The notes under the pieces are model-generated. The model had not been told where the DNA came from, did not search any database, and saw nothing but the letters and a program-made list of their open reading frames with translations. Positions 41,265 through 53,431 of a stretch of 64,000 bases of DNA are shown here, piece after piece; position 1 is the stretch's first letter, and each line of letters opens with the position of its first letter. The position numbers were made by a program, and so were the translations under genes. This DNA comes from Nostoc sp. DedSLP01 (lineage in GTDB: Bacteria; Cyanobacteriota; Cyanobacteriia; Cyanobacteriales; Nostocaceae): the NCBI GenBank assembly GCA_034530875.2, contig JAVRCJ020000033.1, positions 1 through 64,000 of the forward strand, in the 5' to 3' direction.

Positions 41265-41348
41265 TTCTGACTCCTAAATTCTGGATTCTGATTTCTGACT
41301 TCTGAATTCTGAATTCTGGGTTCTGACTCTTGACTTGTGAATTCTGAC
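41265..41348. repeat. TTCTGAA/TTCTGAC heptamer tandem repeat
   Basis: Degenerate tandem copies; complementary CAGAATT copies lie near 41118-41135. Confidence 0.75.
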
Positions 41349-41488
41349 AACTAAGTTACCCCAGCTGTAAAATATGAGTGTGGAGCTAGTAGTAGATTAA
41401 ACCTTAAAAAGCAATCGTCAAAAATGCTAGGGTGATTCTATGTTTGTTTTCAGCTCGAGAAAAAATCAAGTTATTCCAACTCTAAAAT

Positions 41489-42463
41489 ATGAAGGTGGAG
41501 CAAAAGGTGACTAGTATTGATAATTACACCTTCTCTTTTTCAGGAGAAGTAACAATTCCTGAGGCTCCTCCTGGCTTTAAATCGGGTTTTATTGGCATTA
41601 TTGGTCGCCCTAATGTCGGTAAATCTACCTTGATGAATCAATTGGTAGGACAAAAAATTGCTATTACATCACCCGTAGCACAAACTACACGTAACCGTTT
41701 GCGTGGGATTTTAACGACACCAGAGGCGCAGTTAATATTCGTAGATACGCCAGGAATTCATAAGCCCCACCATCAATTAGGCGAAGTCTTGGTGCAAAAT
41801 GCCAAAATAGCAATTGAATCGGTGGATGTGGTGCTATTTGTGGTAGATGGAGCAGTGGCTTGTGGAGCAGGCGATCGCTACATTGCCGAATTGCTCAGTC
41901 GCAGCCAAACACCAGTAATTATGGGTGTTAACAAAATCGACCAGCAACCCGCCGATTCTCAGCTTTTAGATGATAGCTACGCCCAAATGGCTAAGTTCCA
42001 TAAATGGGAAATCGTGAAATTCTCTGCCAAAACGAGTGCAGGGTTGCCACAACTGCAACAATTATTAATTGAACATTTAGAAATTGGCCCCTTATATTAT
42101 CCACCCGACTTGGTAACCGACCAGCCAGAACGCTTTATTATGGGCGAATTGATCCGAGAACAAATTATACTTTTGACTCGTGAAGAAGTACCCCATTCAG
42201 TAGCGATCGCAATTGACCAAGTAGAAGAAACTCCTAGCATTACCCGCGTACTCGCTACCATTAACGTCGAACGCGATTCTCAAAAAGGCATACTCATTGG
42301 TAAAGGTGGCTCGATGCTCAAAGCAATTGGTAGCGCCGCCCGCGAACAAATCCAAAAATTAATCGCTGGGAAAGTCTACCTAGAATTATTCGTGAAAGTC
42401 GAACCAAAATGGCGACAATCGCGGGTGAGTTTAGCCGAGTTAGGCTATCGCGTGGAAGAGTAA
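41489..42463 (+). CDS. era: GTPase Era
   Basis: GRPNVGKSTL, QTTR, DTPG, NKID; KH domain LIGKGG. Confidence 0.97.
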   Translation: MKVEQKVTSIDNYTFSFSGEVTIPEAPPGFKSGFIGIIGRPNVGKSTLMNQLVGQKIAITSPVAQTTRNRLRGILTTPEAQLIFVDTPGIHKPHHQLGEVLVQNAKIAIESVDVVLFVVDGAVACGAGDRYIAELLSRSQTPVIMGVNKIDQQPADSQLLDDSYAQMAKFHKWEIVKFSAKTSAGLPQLQQLLIEHLEIGPLYYPPDLVTDQPERFIMGELIREQIILLTREEVPHSVAIAIDQVEETPSITRVLATINVERDSQKGILIGKGGSMLKAIGSAAREQIQKLIAGKVYLELFVKVEPKWRQSRVSLAELGYRVEE

Positions 42464-42528
42464 ATTGGGCATGGGGCATGGGGCATAGGGCATTGGTCAA
42501 ACCACAAATGACCAATGACTAATGACTA

Positions 42529-43176
42529 ATGACTAATAACAAACTTATGTTAAAAGTATTAATTGTTGAAGACGATCCAATGATGCAACTTGGGCTAGAG
42601 CAATCTTTAATGGCTCATCCCGATTTGGAAATTGTCGGACAAGCCGAAGATGGGTATTTGGGCGTGCAAGCTGCACTGCAACTCAAACCGGATGTAGTGG
42701 TTATGGACATTGGCTTGCCGCGATTAGATGGTATTGCAGCGACGCAACAAATTAAGGCTGCCTTACCTGGAACTCATGTGGTGATGCTGACATCGCATCA
42801 AACCGAGACAGAAATTATTGCGGCGCTGTCTAGCGGTGCTGATGCATATTGTATTAAAGGTGCAAGTGTGGAACGATTGTTAAATGCGATCGCAGCCGCA
42901 GTTGATGGTGCAGCTTATCTCGATCCGCAAATTGCTCGACGAGTAATTGACAATCTCAAACCACCTTCACCTACAAATAACACCGCGAACTTATCTGCGC
43001 GGGAATTAGAAGTATTGAAACTCATGGTAGACGGCTTGAGCAACCCAGAGATTGCCCAAAAACTCTATCTCAGTCCCAACACGGTCAAAACTCACGTCCG
43101 AGGGATTATGAATAAATTAGCAGTAGACGATCGCGTACAAGCAGCGGTCGTTGCATTGCGTTCCGGTTTGGTTTGA
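42529..43176 (+). CDS. NarL/LuxR family response regulator
   Basis: LIVEDD, VMDIGLP, LSARELEVL...TVKTH; the start may be 42547. Confidence 0.93.
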   Translation: MTNNKLMLKVLIVEDDPMMQLGLEQSLMAHPDLEIVGQAEDGYLGVQAALQLKPDVVVMDIGLPRLDGIAATQQIKAALPGTHVVMLTSHQTETEIIAALSSGADAYCIKGASVERLLNAIAAAVDGAAYLDPQIARRVIDNLKPPSPTNNTANLSARELEVLKLMVDGLSNPEIAQKLYLSPNTVKTHVRGIMNKLAVDDRVQAAVVALRSGLV

Positions 43177-43319
43177 TTTATGACAAAATAGTTTGAAAAT
43201 TTACCAAAACTACAGCAGAATTCACAAATAAAACAGTGTTTATACCTTTGCAATGAATCGTTATTTACTTCAATGTCTTAAAAATCTGCTCTCAGTGTTA
43301 ACTAACAATTTTAGACGTA

Positions 43320-43423
43320 ATATCAATTTGAAAAAAGAATCCGACCTATAGATTGAGTAGGGGCGCAAAGCTTTGCACCCCTACAGATTTTTGATGTCTT
43401 GCAAAGATGTTGTGAAATACTAT
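43320..43423. mobile_element. Degenerate MITE-like element carrying a GTAGGGGCGCA REP (43357-43384)
   Basis: GTAGGGGCGCAAAGCTTTGCACCCCTAC palindrome inside weak inverted ends. Confidence 0.5.
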
Positions 43424-43576
43424 AACTTGCTTCTCTCAGAGCAAGTATAAATTTGGTAACTTCTCTACAAGACGCTAGACGAACAGACTTTTTTAAATTT
43501 TGGATCTTGGATTGAAACAAAACCCAAAATTTAAAATCTAAAATTTGGTGATTTATCAGGTTATTCATCTCTTGTT

Positions 43577-43783
43577 TCAGTTTTGATGTCTTTGTTCAAC
43601 GTCTTGTGGCGTTAAAACTTGGGTCTGATAGCCACCATTTACTTGTTCTCTTTGCGACACCTCCTTACTAGTTCCTTCCCATGAATAGTTGCAAATTTTA
43701 GTACTCAGTACAACTCCTAATGTTTTGTTAATCATAAACGCAAAACTATCGATGAAAATAAAGTCCAAAGTTCGACTAATCAT
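43577..43783 (-). CDS. Small hypothetical protein
   Basis: 68 aa ATG ORF preceded by AAAGGA in a long intergenic region; no motif recognised. Confidence 0.4.
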   Translation of the reverse strand: MISRTLDFIFIDSFAFMINKTLGVVLSTKICNYSWEGTSKEVSQREQVNGGYQTQVLTPQDVEQRHQN

Positions 43784-44205
43784 AAGTTCCTTTTCAGCTT
43801 TCTAGTATCAACTATGATTTGTCTACATAAGAGATAATCCACTTTCCAGAAATCTACTGCCTGAAAATTTGTAAATTTATAATTCATGCAAATAAAAACT
43901 GTTGTGGTATATCTATGTCTGTCTAAAGATATAGAAATAAGGGTTGTAACCCCCCACCCCTATCACACTTAGTTTATGTATGAAATAATTTGAAAAAACA
44001 AATAATTTTTATGGCCAACGTATAGATTAACCTAGAAATTTTAAAAAGCTTTAACTGAGTTTTAACATCGTTAAAACTCAAATCTGGATGAATTATCAAT
44101 CAATTAACAGTGAGTTTGGTTAATAAAATCTGTGTTTTGTAGATGATAATTTGATTTTTAAGCAACAAGACACGATGTTTAATACGCAAATTAAAAAAAT
44201 AACAA

Positions 44206-44838
44206 ATGCAACAAAATACAGAGAATAATCTGAGCAATAGTGAGAATATTAGCGCATCTAAACCGAACAAAGAATTACCTATATTTTGCCCCAATAGCCG
44301 CCAAGAATGGCGGGAATGGTTAGAAAAAAATCATAGTAATTATTCTGGTATATGGCTAATCTATTACAAAGTAAAAAGCGGTAAACCAAGTCTTCGATAC
44401 AACGAAGCAGTCAAAGAAGCCCTATGTTTTGGATGGATTGACAGTAAAGTTAAATCATTAGATGAAGAACGTTATATGCAAATGTTTACGCCTCGAAAGC
44501 CGAAAAGTGTATGGTCAAAATTAAATAAACAATATATAGAAGAACTTATAGAGCAAGGTTTAATGAGCAAAGCTGGTCTAGAAAAAATTGCATCAGCAAA
44601 ACAAAATGGTTCCTGGGAATCATTAGATGCCGTTGAAGCATTAACTATTCCCTCAGATTTAAAACAAGCATTCAAAGCTAACAAAACTGCCAAAGATTAT
44701 TTTGAAGCCTTTAGTAACTCGTCTAAAAAAAATATACTTTCTTGGATTGAAAGTGCTAAACGTCCAGAAACAAGGCTGAAGAGAATCGAACAAACTATTA
44801 ATTCAGCAATGCAGAATAAAAGCCCGTTGAACCGTTAA
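44206..44838 (+). CDS. YdeI/OmpD-associated family protein
   Basis: WREWLEKNH, EALCFGWIDS, FTPRKPKSVWS and AKRPETR motifs. Confidence 0.9.
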   Translation: MQQNTENNLSNSENISASKPNKELPIFCPNSRQEWREWLEKNHSNYSGIWLIYYKVKSGKPSLRYNEAVKEALCFGWIDSKVKSLDEERYMQMFTPRKPKSVWSKLNKQYIEELIEQGLMSKAGLEKIASAKQNGSWESLDAVEALTIPSDLKQAFKANKTAKDYFEAFSNSSKKNILSWIESAKRPETRLKRIEQTINSAMQNKSPLNR

Positions 44839-45241
44839 AAGTTTTTCAAGTTGTACACTTAGTGGGAAAATAAATCTCGTGCAATATATATTATTTATAC
44901 TTAAATATTAATTAATGTTACCGAATGTTAACGATTCAGCAAAATTAGATACAGCGAGGGTAAAAAAAATTGTATTTTTATACACTCTGTCCCGAAACCA
45001 AAATCTCCGATTTAGTGGTAAATAAGATGCTAATGAGTTCAAAACAAGCACTAATTACCTCATATTCTTCGGTTTGACTGAAAAAATTGGGTAAATGTTA
45101 AGTAGTTGAATCAAAGTAGAAAATTAAAAATTCATTGACAAAATGTCTAGAAATATTCTTTAATCTCAGCCTACAAAGCTCCCTAAACGCCTATGCTTAC
45201 GGTTGGGTAGGCCACTGGACTTATATGCGTGAGACACTTGA

Positions 45242-46620
<1,379 letters not shown>

Positions 46621-46621
46621 T

Positions 46622-47680
46622 TCACGGATAAAACCCCAACTTAGGCAACCCCAAGGTTTCATCCCAACCCATCATCAGATTTAAACACTGAATCGCTTGA
46701 CCCGCCTGGCCTTTAATCAGGTTATCAATTGCTGACATGACAATTACCCGGCCGGTACGCGAGTCAACTTCTACACCGATGTAACAAAGATTGCTGCCAT
46801 TAGCCCATTTTGTTTGGGGGTAAACGCCGCTACCGCAGACTTTTATCCAAGGAGAGTTGCGGTAGAAGGCAGAAAAAATTGTAATTAAGTCATCTCGCAC
46901 GAGACCAGGGTCGCGCATGGTAGCATATACAGTTGCCAAGATCCCGCGCACTATTGGGATGAGATGGGGTGTAAATTGGATTGTCAGTTCGTGACCTGCT
47001 AATTCACTGCAAATTTGCTCAATTTCTGGGGTATCGCGGTGACGGCCGACGTTGTAAGCTGCGATGGAATTGTCTGCTTCAGCTAGTAATAAGTTGGTTT
47101 TGGCTTGGCGGCCGCTGCCGGATGTCCCAGATTTAGCATCGATAATAGCTGTTTCTGGTACAATTAAGCCCTGCTTTAACAGTGGCGAAAGCGCAAGCAG
47201 ACTCGCAGTGGGATAGCAACCAGGACAACCAATCAGTTGAGCTTCGGCAATGCGATCGCGGTAAAGTTCTGGTAATCCATAAACCGCTATTGCAGCAGTT
47301 GAGCGATCGTTTCTTTCTATGCCATACCAACTTGTATAAGTTGCTAAATCATTAAACCGATAATCTGCACTTAGATCCAGTACTTTACATTCTTTTTCTA
47401 ACAGTGTGGGTACAATTTGCCAAGCTAGACCATCTGGTAAAGACAGGAAAACTACTTCACAGCGTTGAGCAATTATTTCTGGTTCTACTGCCTCTATTGG
47501 CAGATTAGCTGTATGAGTCAGATGTGGGTAAAGATCCCCCAAGGATTTGCCCATACTGTTCTCACCACCTAAATAAACCAGTTCGACTTGTGGATGATCC
47601 ATCAGTAGCCGTACTAACTGTACTCCGCCATAGCCCGACGCGCCAACAATCCCAACGGGTACGCGTCTAAAATTGCCCAT
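46622..47680 (-). CDS. argC: N-acetyl-gamma-glutamyl-phosphate reductase
   Basis: GASGYGG, DLSADYR, YGLPE, PGCYPT and [11 protein letters not shown] motifs; the HRH motif reads HRD. Confidence 0.95.
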   Translation of the reverse strand: MGNFRRVPVGIVGASGYGGVQLVRLLMDHPQVELVYLGGENSMGKSLGDLYPHLTHTANLPIEAVEPEIIAQRCEVVFLSLPDGLAWQIVPTLLEKECKVLDLSADYRFNDLATYTSWYGIERNDRSTAAIAVYGLPELYRDRIAEAQLIGCPGCYPTASLLALSPLLKQGLIVPETAIIDAKSGTSGSGRQAKTNLLLAEADNSIAAYNVGRHRDTPEIEQICSELAGHELTIQFTPHLIPIVRGILATVYATMRDPGLVRDDLITIFSAFYRNSPWIKVCGSGVYPQTKWANGSNLCYIGVEVDSRTGRVIVMSAIDNLIKGQAGQAIQCLNLMMGWDETLGLPKLGFYP

Positions 47681-48042
47681 GATCCCAAATCCTTATCCCA
47701 TGAATGGTTAATTCGTTCTCAGCTATTAACAATATCAGCCACCTGAGGCAGAGCGCACAAAACACCGCATCTCCCCGAAACAAAGTTGAGGGAGATGGGG
47801 GAGTGTGTCCGGAGTGGGGGGATGGGGAAGTGTGGGGAGTGTGGGGGGAAAGATTTCTTCCCCATCCTCCCACTCCTCCCACACCCCCAATGCCATAAGC
47901 CATAAGCCATAAGCCATAAGCCCCATCAGAAATTGCCATCTTATCAAATCATTGCTAGTCTACTTCTCTGCCTTATAAAGGAGCTACAATCTAAATGAAT
48001 AATTTGTTAAAAAAATTTACGTAGGTAGCTGGAAATCATTCT

Positions 48043-49716
48043 GTGTCACAGCCTAAGACTACCCAAGTTTTTCAATTCGATTCGATAGATGCCGCCTTGG
48101 CAGACCTAAAAGCTGGTCGTGTCGTTGTCGTGGTAGATGATGAAAATAGAGAAAATGAAGGCGATTTGATTTGTGCTGCTCAATTTGCCACACCTGACAC
48201 GATTAATTTTATGGCTGTAGAAGCCAGAGGATTAATTTGTTTGGCAATGACAGGCGATCGCCTAGATGAATTAGACTTACCTTTGATGGTAAGCAATATT
48301 ACAGATACGAACCAAACTGCCTTCACCGTCAGTATCGATGCTGGGCCGGAGTTAGGCGTGACTACGGGTATTTCAGCTGAAGACCGCGCCCGCACTATCC
48401 AGGTAACTCTCAATCCAGCTACCAAACCTAGCGATTTACGTCGTCCCGGACATATTTTTCCCATTCGGGCAAAAGCTGGAGGCGTACTCAAACGTGCCGG
48501 ACATACGGAAGCAGCTGTGGACTTAGCTCGGTTAGCAGGCTTATATCCAGCTGGGGTAATTTGTGAAATTCAAAACCCTGATGGTTCAATGGCTAGGTTA
48601 CAGCAGTTGATTGAATATGCCAAGCATCACAATTTAAAAATTATTAGTATTGCAGATTTAATCAGTTATCGCCTCAAGCACGATCGCCTAGTGTATCGTG
48701 AAGTGATTACTAAGCTACCCAGTCAGTTCGGTCAGTTTAATATTTACGCTTATCGCCACACCTTGGACGGCACAGAACACGTTGCAATTGTCAAGGGAGA
48801 TCCAGCTAACTTCAAAGATGAGCCAGTGATGGTGCGGATGCACTCTGAATGCTTAACTGGTGATGCTTTGGGTTCTTTGCGCTGTGACTGTCGAATGCAG
48901 CTAGTAGCCGCACTGAAAATGATTGAAAATGCAGGTCAAGGTGTTGTTGTATACCTGCGACAAGAAGGGCGAGGAATCGGCTTGATTAACAAACTCAAAG
49001 CTTACTCGTTGCAAGATATGGGACTGGATACAGTAGAAGCAAACGAGCGTTTGGGATTTCCGGCTGACTTGCGCGACTATGGTATGGGGGCGCAAATGCT
49101 TATGGATTTGGGCGTCAAAAAAATTCGTCTAATTACCAACAATCCCCGTAAAATTGCTGGAGTTAAAGGTTATGGATTGGAAGTAGTCGATCGCGTGCCA
49201 TTATTAATTGAGGCTAACGACTACAATTCTTATTACCTGGCAACAAAGGCTAAAAAGCTTGGTCACATGCTGTTACAGACTTATCTCGTAACAGTGGCAA
49301 TTCACTGGCAAGACGATCCGCAGTTGGTGACAAAACGCTACGAACGTCTAGAAAAACTGCGGCATTTAGCGAGAACTCACGATTTATTATTGCAGGAAGA
49401 GGCGCGTCCTTTAGCGATCGCTTTATTTGACGAGCCATCTTTAACAGTACACTTGGGTTTCGACCAGCCAAAAATTGCAAGCTGCGATTGGTATCGCCAA
49501 AGCGGACATCCTTACATACAAGCAATCTTCGAGATTCTAGATGAACTCGCAAAAGTACCGTACATCCAGAAACTAGAATTTCTCATTTCTTCTGGTAGCG
49601 ATCCTTTGAGTAATTTACAAGTTCAACTAGATCGGCAGATATTCTCAGATGGTACGCTACCTTCATCTATTAACGATCGCTTGGAGACACAGCAAATTTA
49701 TAGCTTTAGCAAATAA
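48043..49716 (+). CDS. ribBA: Bifunctional DHBP synthase / GTP cyclohydrolase II with C-terminal extension
   Basis: [38 protein letters not shown] and TNNPRK motifs. Confidence 0.97.
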   Translation: MSQPKTTQVFQFDSIDAALADLKAGRVVVVVDDENRENEGDLICAAQFATPDTINFMAVEARGLICLAMTGDRLDELDLPLMVSNITDTNQTAFTVSIDAGPELGVTTGISAEDRARTIQVTLNPATKPSDLRRPGHIFPIRAKAGGVLKRAGHTEAAVDLARLAGLYPAGVICEIQNPDGSMARLQQLIEYAKHHNLKIISIADLISYRLKHDRLVYREVITKLPSQFGQFNIYAYRHTLDGTEHVAIVKGDPANFKDEPVMVRMHSECLTGDALGSLRCDCRMQLVAALKMIENAGQGVVVYLRQEGRGIGLINKLKAYSLQDMGLDTVEANERLGFPADLRDYGMGAQMLMDLGVKKIRLITNNPRKIAGVKGYGLEVVDRVPLLIEANDYNSYYLATKAKKLGHMLLQTYLVTVAIHWQDDPQLVTKRYERLEKLRHLARTHDLLLQEEARPLAIALFDEPSLTVHLGFDQPKIASCDWYRQSGHPYIQAIFEILDELAKVPYIQKLEFLISSGSDPLSNLQVQLDRQIFSDGTLPSSINDRLETQQIYSFSK

Positions 49717-49765
49717 AGATTCAACTAAGTCCTAATATTTGGAACATTAGTCTAAATTTATTATC

Positions 49766-49798
49766 TAGCTCTAGCCCTTTAGCTAGAGCTATTTGTTT
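49766..49798 (+). terminator. Intrinsic terminator after ribBA
   Basis: TAGCTCTAGC / GCTAGAGCTA stem followed by TTTGTTT. Confidence 0.7.
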
Positions 49799-49892
49799 AT
49801 TACGCTTGTATGCTTAAATTAATAATTCAGCCTCAGAATAATGCCTTGAACTTTTGCTATTTTCAACAATTTATGGTTTATACAAACATAAC

Positions 49893-50022
49893 TATAGGAA
49901 TCATATTTGATTTGGTGAAAAAAATCAGTACACCCAAACAAGGCTTCTTTCCCACTCCCTACTCCCCATTCCCTACTCCCTACCTACACAAATAATTTCA
50001 GTAATCAAACCGGATTCCTATA
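49893..50022. mobile_element. 130-bp TA-terminated MITE (IS630-like ends), copy 2
   Basis: Perfect TATAGGAATC / GATTCCTATA termini; near-identical to 14240-14369. Confidence 0.85.
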
Positions 50023-50037
50023 ATAAAGATTACAGTT

Positions 50038-51327
50038 ATGCTTATTGAATTCAGCGTAGAAAATTATCGTTCGATACAAGAAAAACAAACATTGACTATG
50101 GTGGCATCTGAAGATGAAAAGATGCTACATACTAATAGTTTTATGATGCCGAACACTGAGAAACTACGCTTACTTACCACTGCTGTAATTTATGGCCCTA
50201 ACGCTTCAGGTAAAAGTAATTTGCTGCGGGCTATGCAGACACTAAAAACACTAGTCATCAACTCAGCTACTAAAATGCAAGTTGGTGAAAAGTTACCAAT
50301 TGAACCATTTAAACTAAATAGGGAATCAGCAAAAAATCCTACTAACTTTGAAGTAATTTTTATTCATCAAGGTACTCGTTATGAATATGGAGTATCTCTC
50401 AATCGAGAACGCGTATATGAAGAGTGGTTAATTGCCTACCCAAATGAACATCAACAAAATTGGTTTTCTCGACAATACATACCAGATAATCCCAAGTTTC
50501 AAGTAGATGAAGGATACAAATGGTCTTTTGGCAAAGGACTAAAGGGAGAAAAATTACGTATTAAAAAATTTGTGCGTTCTAATTCTTTGTTTTTATCCCA
50601 TGCAGCACAAAATAATCATCCTCAGCTAACACAGATATTTAAATGGTTTGAAGATGAAATAAATATTCTTACTTCCAGTTCTCATACTATGGGATTTACT
50701 CTTAGTATATTTGATGAAGATGCAACTCTTCAAGCAAGAGTTGCAAAATTGCTGAGTCAAGCGGATATCGGTATTTCAGGAATCAAAATAGAAGAAAAAC
50801 CTATACCTGAAAACCTATCTTCTTTATTTAACCAATTTAATAAAGAAGAATATGAACAGATGAAGAGAAATATTAATATTCATCAATTAGATGTAATAAC
50901 TATTCATAGAATGAATGATTCCGATGAAGAAATAGAATTTGATATGGATGATGAGTCTGATGGTACACAACGTTTATTTGAAATGGCTGGGCTTTGGCTA
51001 TATGTATTAGAAGACGGAGAAGTACTGTTAGTAGATGAATTAGATAGAAGCTTACATCCAGTCCTATCCAAGGCATTACTTAAGATGTTTAACGATCCAG
51101 AAATTAATAAAAATAATGCTCAATTAATATTTACAACCCATGACACCATACTTTTAGATTCAGAAATATTACGGCGAGACCAAGTGTGGTTTACCGAAAA
51201 AGATAAAAGTATGACTAAACTATATTCATTATTAGATTTTCAACCTCGTGAAGACGAATCACTACAAAAAGGTTATTTACGAGGCAGGTATGGTGGGATT
51301 CCTTTTATTAATGGGCTAAGTATCTAA
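50038..51327 (+). CDS. RloA/AbiLi-like ABC-type (AAA_21) ATPase
   Basis: FSVENYRSI, Walker A YGPNASGKS, ESDGT signature, Walker B VDELDRSLHP, FTTHD, C-terminal YLRGRYGGIP. Confidence 0.88.
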   Translation: MLIEFSVENYRSIQEKQTLTMVASEDEKMLHTNSFMMPNTEKLRLLTTAVIYGPNASGKSNLLRAMQTLKTLVINSATKMQVGEKLPIEPFKLNRESAKNPTNFEVIFIHQGTRYEYGVSLNRERVYEEWLIAYPNEHQQNWFSRQYIPDNPKFQVDEGYKWSFGKGLKGEKLRIKKFVRSNSLFLSHAAQNNHPQLTQIFKWFEDEINILTSSSHTMGFTLSIFDEDATLQARVAKLLSQADIGISGIKIEEKPIPENLSSLFNQFNKEEYEQMKRNINIHQLDVITIHRMNDSDEEIEFDMDDESDGTQRLFEMAGLWLYVLEDGEVLLVDELDRSLHPVLSKALLKMFNDPEINKNNAQLIFTTHDTILLDSEILRRDQVWFTEKDKSMTKLYSLLDFQPREDESLQKGYLRGRYGGIPFINGLSI

Positions 51328-51332
51328 GGATT

Positions 51333-51998
51333 ATGCCAAAAGGAAAATCTACTAATGATTTAAGACGACGTTCAGGAAATAAAAAATCTAGAGATAACTT
51401 TTTAATTGTAGTTGAAGGTCAAGAGACAGAATATAACTATTTTAATGCTTTCAAACAGGAGTTAAAGTTATCTACAACAGAGATTAGAATAGTTTCTGCT
51501 TCCGGTGGAGATCCTCTTAAAATTATAGATAAAACTTGTACCTTAGTTCAAGAAAATAAATTAGAAACTGAAAAAGGTAACCAACTCGAATTTGACCGAG
51601 TTTTTTGTGTTTTTGATGACGATAATAAAATTAAAAAATTTAAGCAAGCGCTTTTAAAAGCTCAGGAAAATAATTTTATCTGTATAACATCAATCCCTTG
51701 TTTTGAATTTTGGTTTTTACTTCATTATCTCTACACTACTGCTCCTTTTGCTAACTATAAGGAATTGTGTCCAAGACTAGAGTCAGAAATGAGAAAAGCA
51801 GGTGTTTTGAAAACAAAAGAGAGTTATGATAAAAGTGATATTAATCTATATCACAAACTCCAATCAAAACTAGAGAATGCACTTACGAATGCTCTGCAAT
51901 TAGAACAAAAGCACCCTAATGAAGATGGATGTACTAACCCATCAACTAAAGTACATATCTTAGTTCAAGAACTCAAAAAGCAAAAAGAATTTAAATAA
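51333..51998 (+). CDS. RloB/AbiLii family protein (TOPRIM-like)
   Basis: LIVVEGQETEYNYF, CVFDDD, SIPCFEFWFLLH and NPST motifs; starts 5 bp after the ATPase. Confidence 0.9.
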   Translation: MPKGKSTNDLRRRSGNKKSRDNFLIVVEGQETEYNYFNAFKQELKLSTTEIRIVSASGGDPLKIIDKTCTLVQENKLETEKGNQLEFDRVFCVFDDDNKIKKFKQALLKAQENNFICITSIPCFEFWFLLHYLYTTAPFANYKELCPRLESEMRKAGVLKTKESYDKSDINLYHKLQSKLENALTNALQLEQKHPNEDGCTNPSTKVHILVQELKKQKEFK

Positions 51999-52003
51999 TT
52001 TAC

Positions 52004-52092
52004 TATAGCAATCTTATTTGATTTATCAAATTAGCTTTGCACGCAGACAATAGCTAATAGATTTTTCTCACAAATGATTTAAAATTGCTATA
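52004..52092. mobile_element. 89-bp TA-terminated MITE (IS630-like ends)
   Basis: TATAGCAAT / ATTGCTATA termini; left end TATAGCAATCTTATTTGATTT resembles TATAGGAATCATATTTGATTT at 49893. Confidence 0.7.
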
Positions 52093-52117
52093 TATTATTT
52101 ATCGCGTTTGATTTATT

Positions 52118-52990
52118 TCATCTATAAATTGGTCTGGCTTGACGGTAAATATTTAGTAACTCTAGAAACTTGTTACCATCAAAATTAATAGGGTCAACTT
52201 TTTTATTAGAACGGTCTACTAATTTGTGAGTAGTGATGCGATCGTCTGGGACTTGACTTTGAGCAACTAACCAAGCAAGAGAATGATATTGAGCTTCCGT
52301 ATAGCCGCTATGGGTTTGTGGGCTGTTAGTGTCATAACTATCTGGTGGTGTTTCTAAGGAAACGTGATAAGCAAAATTATTGACAGACGGCGGCAAATTT
52401 GGATTAGTCTGCACAGTTTCCACACCCTCGGAACTCTCAAACACTGAGTTAGCTGCACCAAAAGCTCGTTTTTCTGGCGGTACTAGATAAACTACCGTCC
52501 CATCTAACTTGATTAAGGCGTGATAACTTGCTTGCACATTTTCATCAGTATGAGAGACTTGAAAAAAATTAATGGCGCTAGAAGCAGAATAACCAGTTTC
52601 ATGGATAACGACAATTGGTTGGTTGCGAACAGGTGTACCGTTCACATCTGTGGTGTAACGTTCTCCATAGTTGCTTGGGTCAACTGAAACAATTTGATAA
52701 TTAGGTCTGTATTGTGCAAAAGCTTGAGTGGTTACGTACCTTGTTGTTACAGGCTGATTTGTTTTGGCTGGGGACTTAAGAACGCGTTGAGATTTCTGCT
52801 TTGGTTCTTTCGCTGATTGAAATTGTGCCTGTGGATATTGACTCCAGGCTGGCATCTCTAGTTTTGATGTATTAGATATAGCCATATTATTTTTTACTTG
52901 TGTTACTCGTCCAATAAGCAACACGATAATTAGAGCAGCAAACATCAGAGAGATTAGCATCACTCTAGTCGCCCAGTCTGTAAACCTCAT
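52118..52990 (-). CDS. N-acetylmuramoyl-L-alanine amidase (Amidase_2), membrane-anchored
   Basis: IVVIHET, ASYHALI, AFGA, YTEAQY and ITTH...KVDP motifs; N-terminal TM helix. Confidence 0.85.
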   Translation of the reverse strand: MRFTDWATRVMLISLMFAALIIVLLIGRVTQVKNNMAISNTSKLEMPAWSQYPQAQFQSAKEPKQKSQRVLKSPAKTNQPVTTRYVTTQAFAQYRPNYQIVSVDPSNYGERYTTDVNGTPVRNQPIVVIHETGYSASSAINFFQVSHTDENVQASYHALIKLDGTVVYLVPPEKRAFGAANSVFESSEGVETVQTNPNLPPSVNNFAYHVSLETPPDSYDTNSPQTHSGYTEAQYHSLAWLVAQSQVPDDRITTHKLVDRSNKKVDPINFDGNKFLELLNIYRQARPIYR

Positions 52991-53431
52991 TTTTTTATAC
53001 TCGTACAATGGTAGATATTAACTGATAACTAAACTGAACTTTTCACCAAATCTGAAAAAGTTCTCTCGAAACCTTTTTACTACAAAAGCTATACAGAAAT
53101 TACATATTTCTTAACAATCTGAAAATTCATATAAGGTGCGTGAAAATGAGACAGGCAAATTCGCTTGTCTTTTGAGGCTAGTATAGTTAGCTGTACTACC
53201 CTAGAGCTTATGGTATCCAAAAAATAATCGCTATGTAACCTAATTTTAGTGAAAAATACGTTACTAGTATATGTTGGAATCCTAAGTAATTGTTGCAGAC
53301 CTCTCTTCTGTCTTTAGAACTATTTAAATACCATCGCCCTCTTAGCGCTGTTATTTTCAGTATTTTTCTGGGAATCCTGTAGTTGTATACTCACTGCATT
53401 TGTTACACCTTTAGTTTAGGTAGCATTATTT

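Noticed and set aside
47667..47947. Several short ORFs upstream of argC
   Set aside because: They are products of STRR tracts in the divergent promoter region.
47950..48042. FMN riboswitch upstream of ribBA
   Set aside because: No RFN consensus elements seen, and the leader is short.
49893..52092. MITEs as integron attC sites
   Set aside because: No RYYYAAC/GTTRRRY cores and no integrase in the window; the TA-bounded ends fit IS630-type MITEs better.
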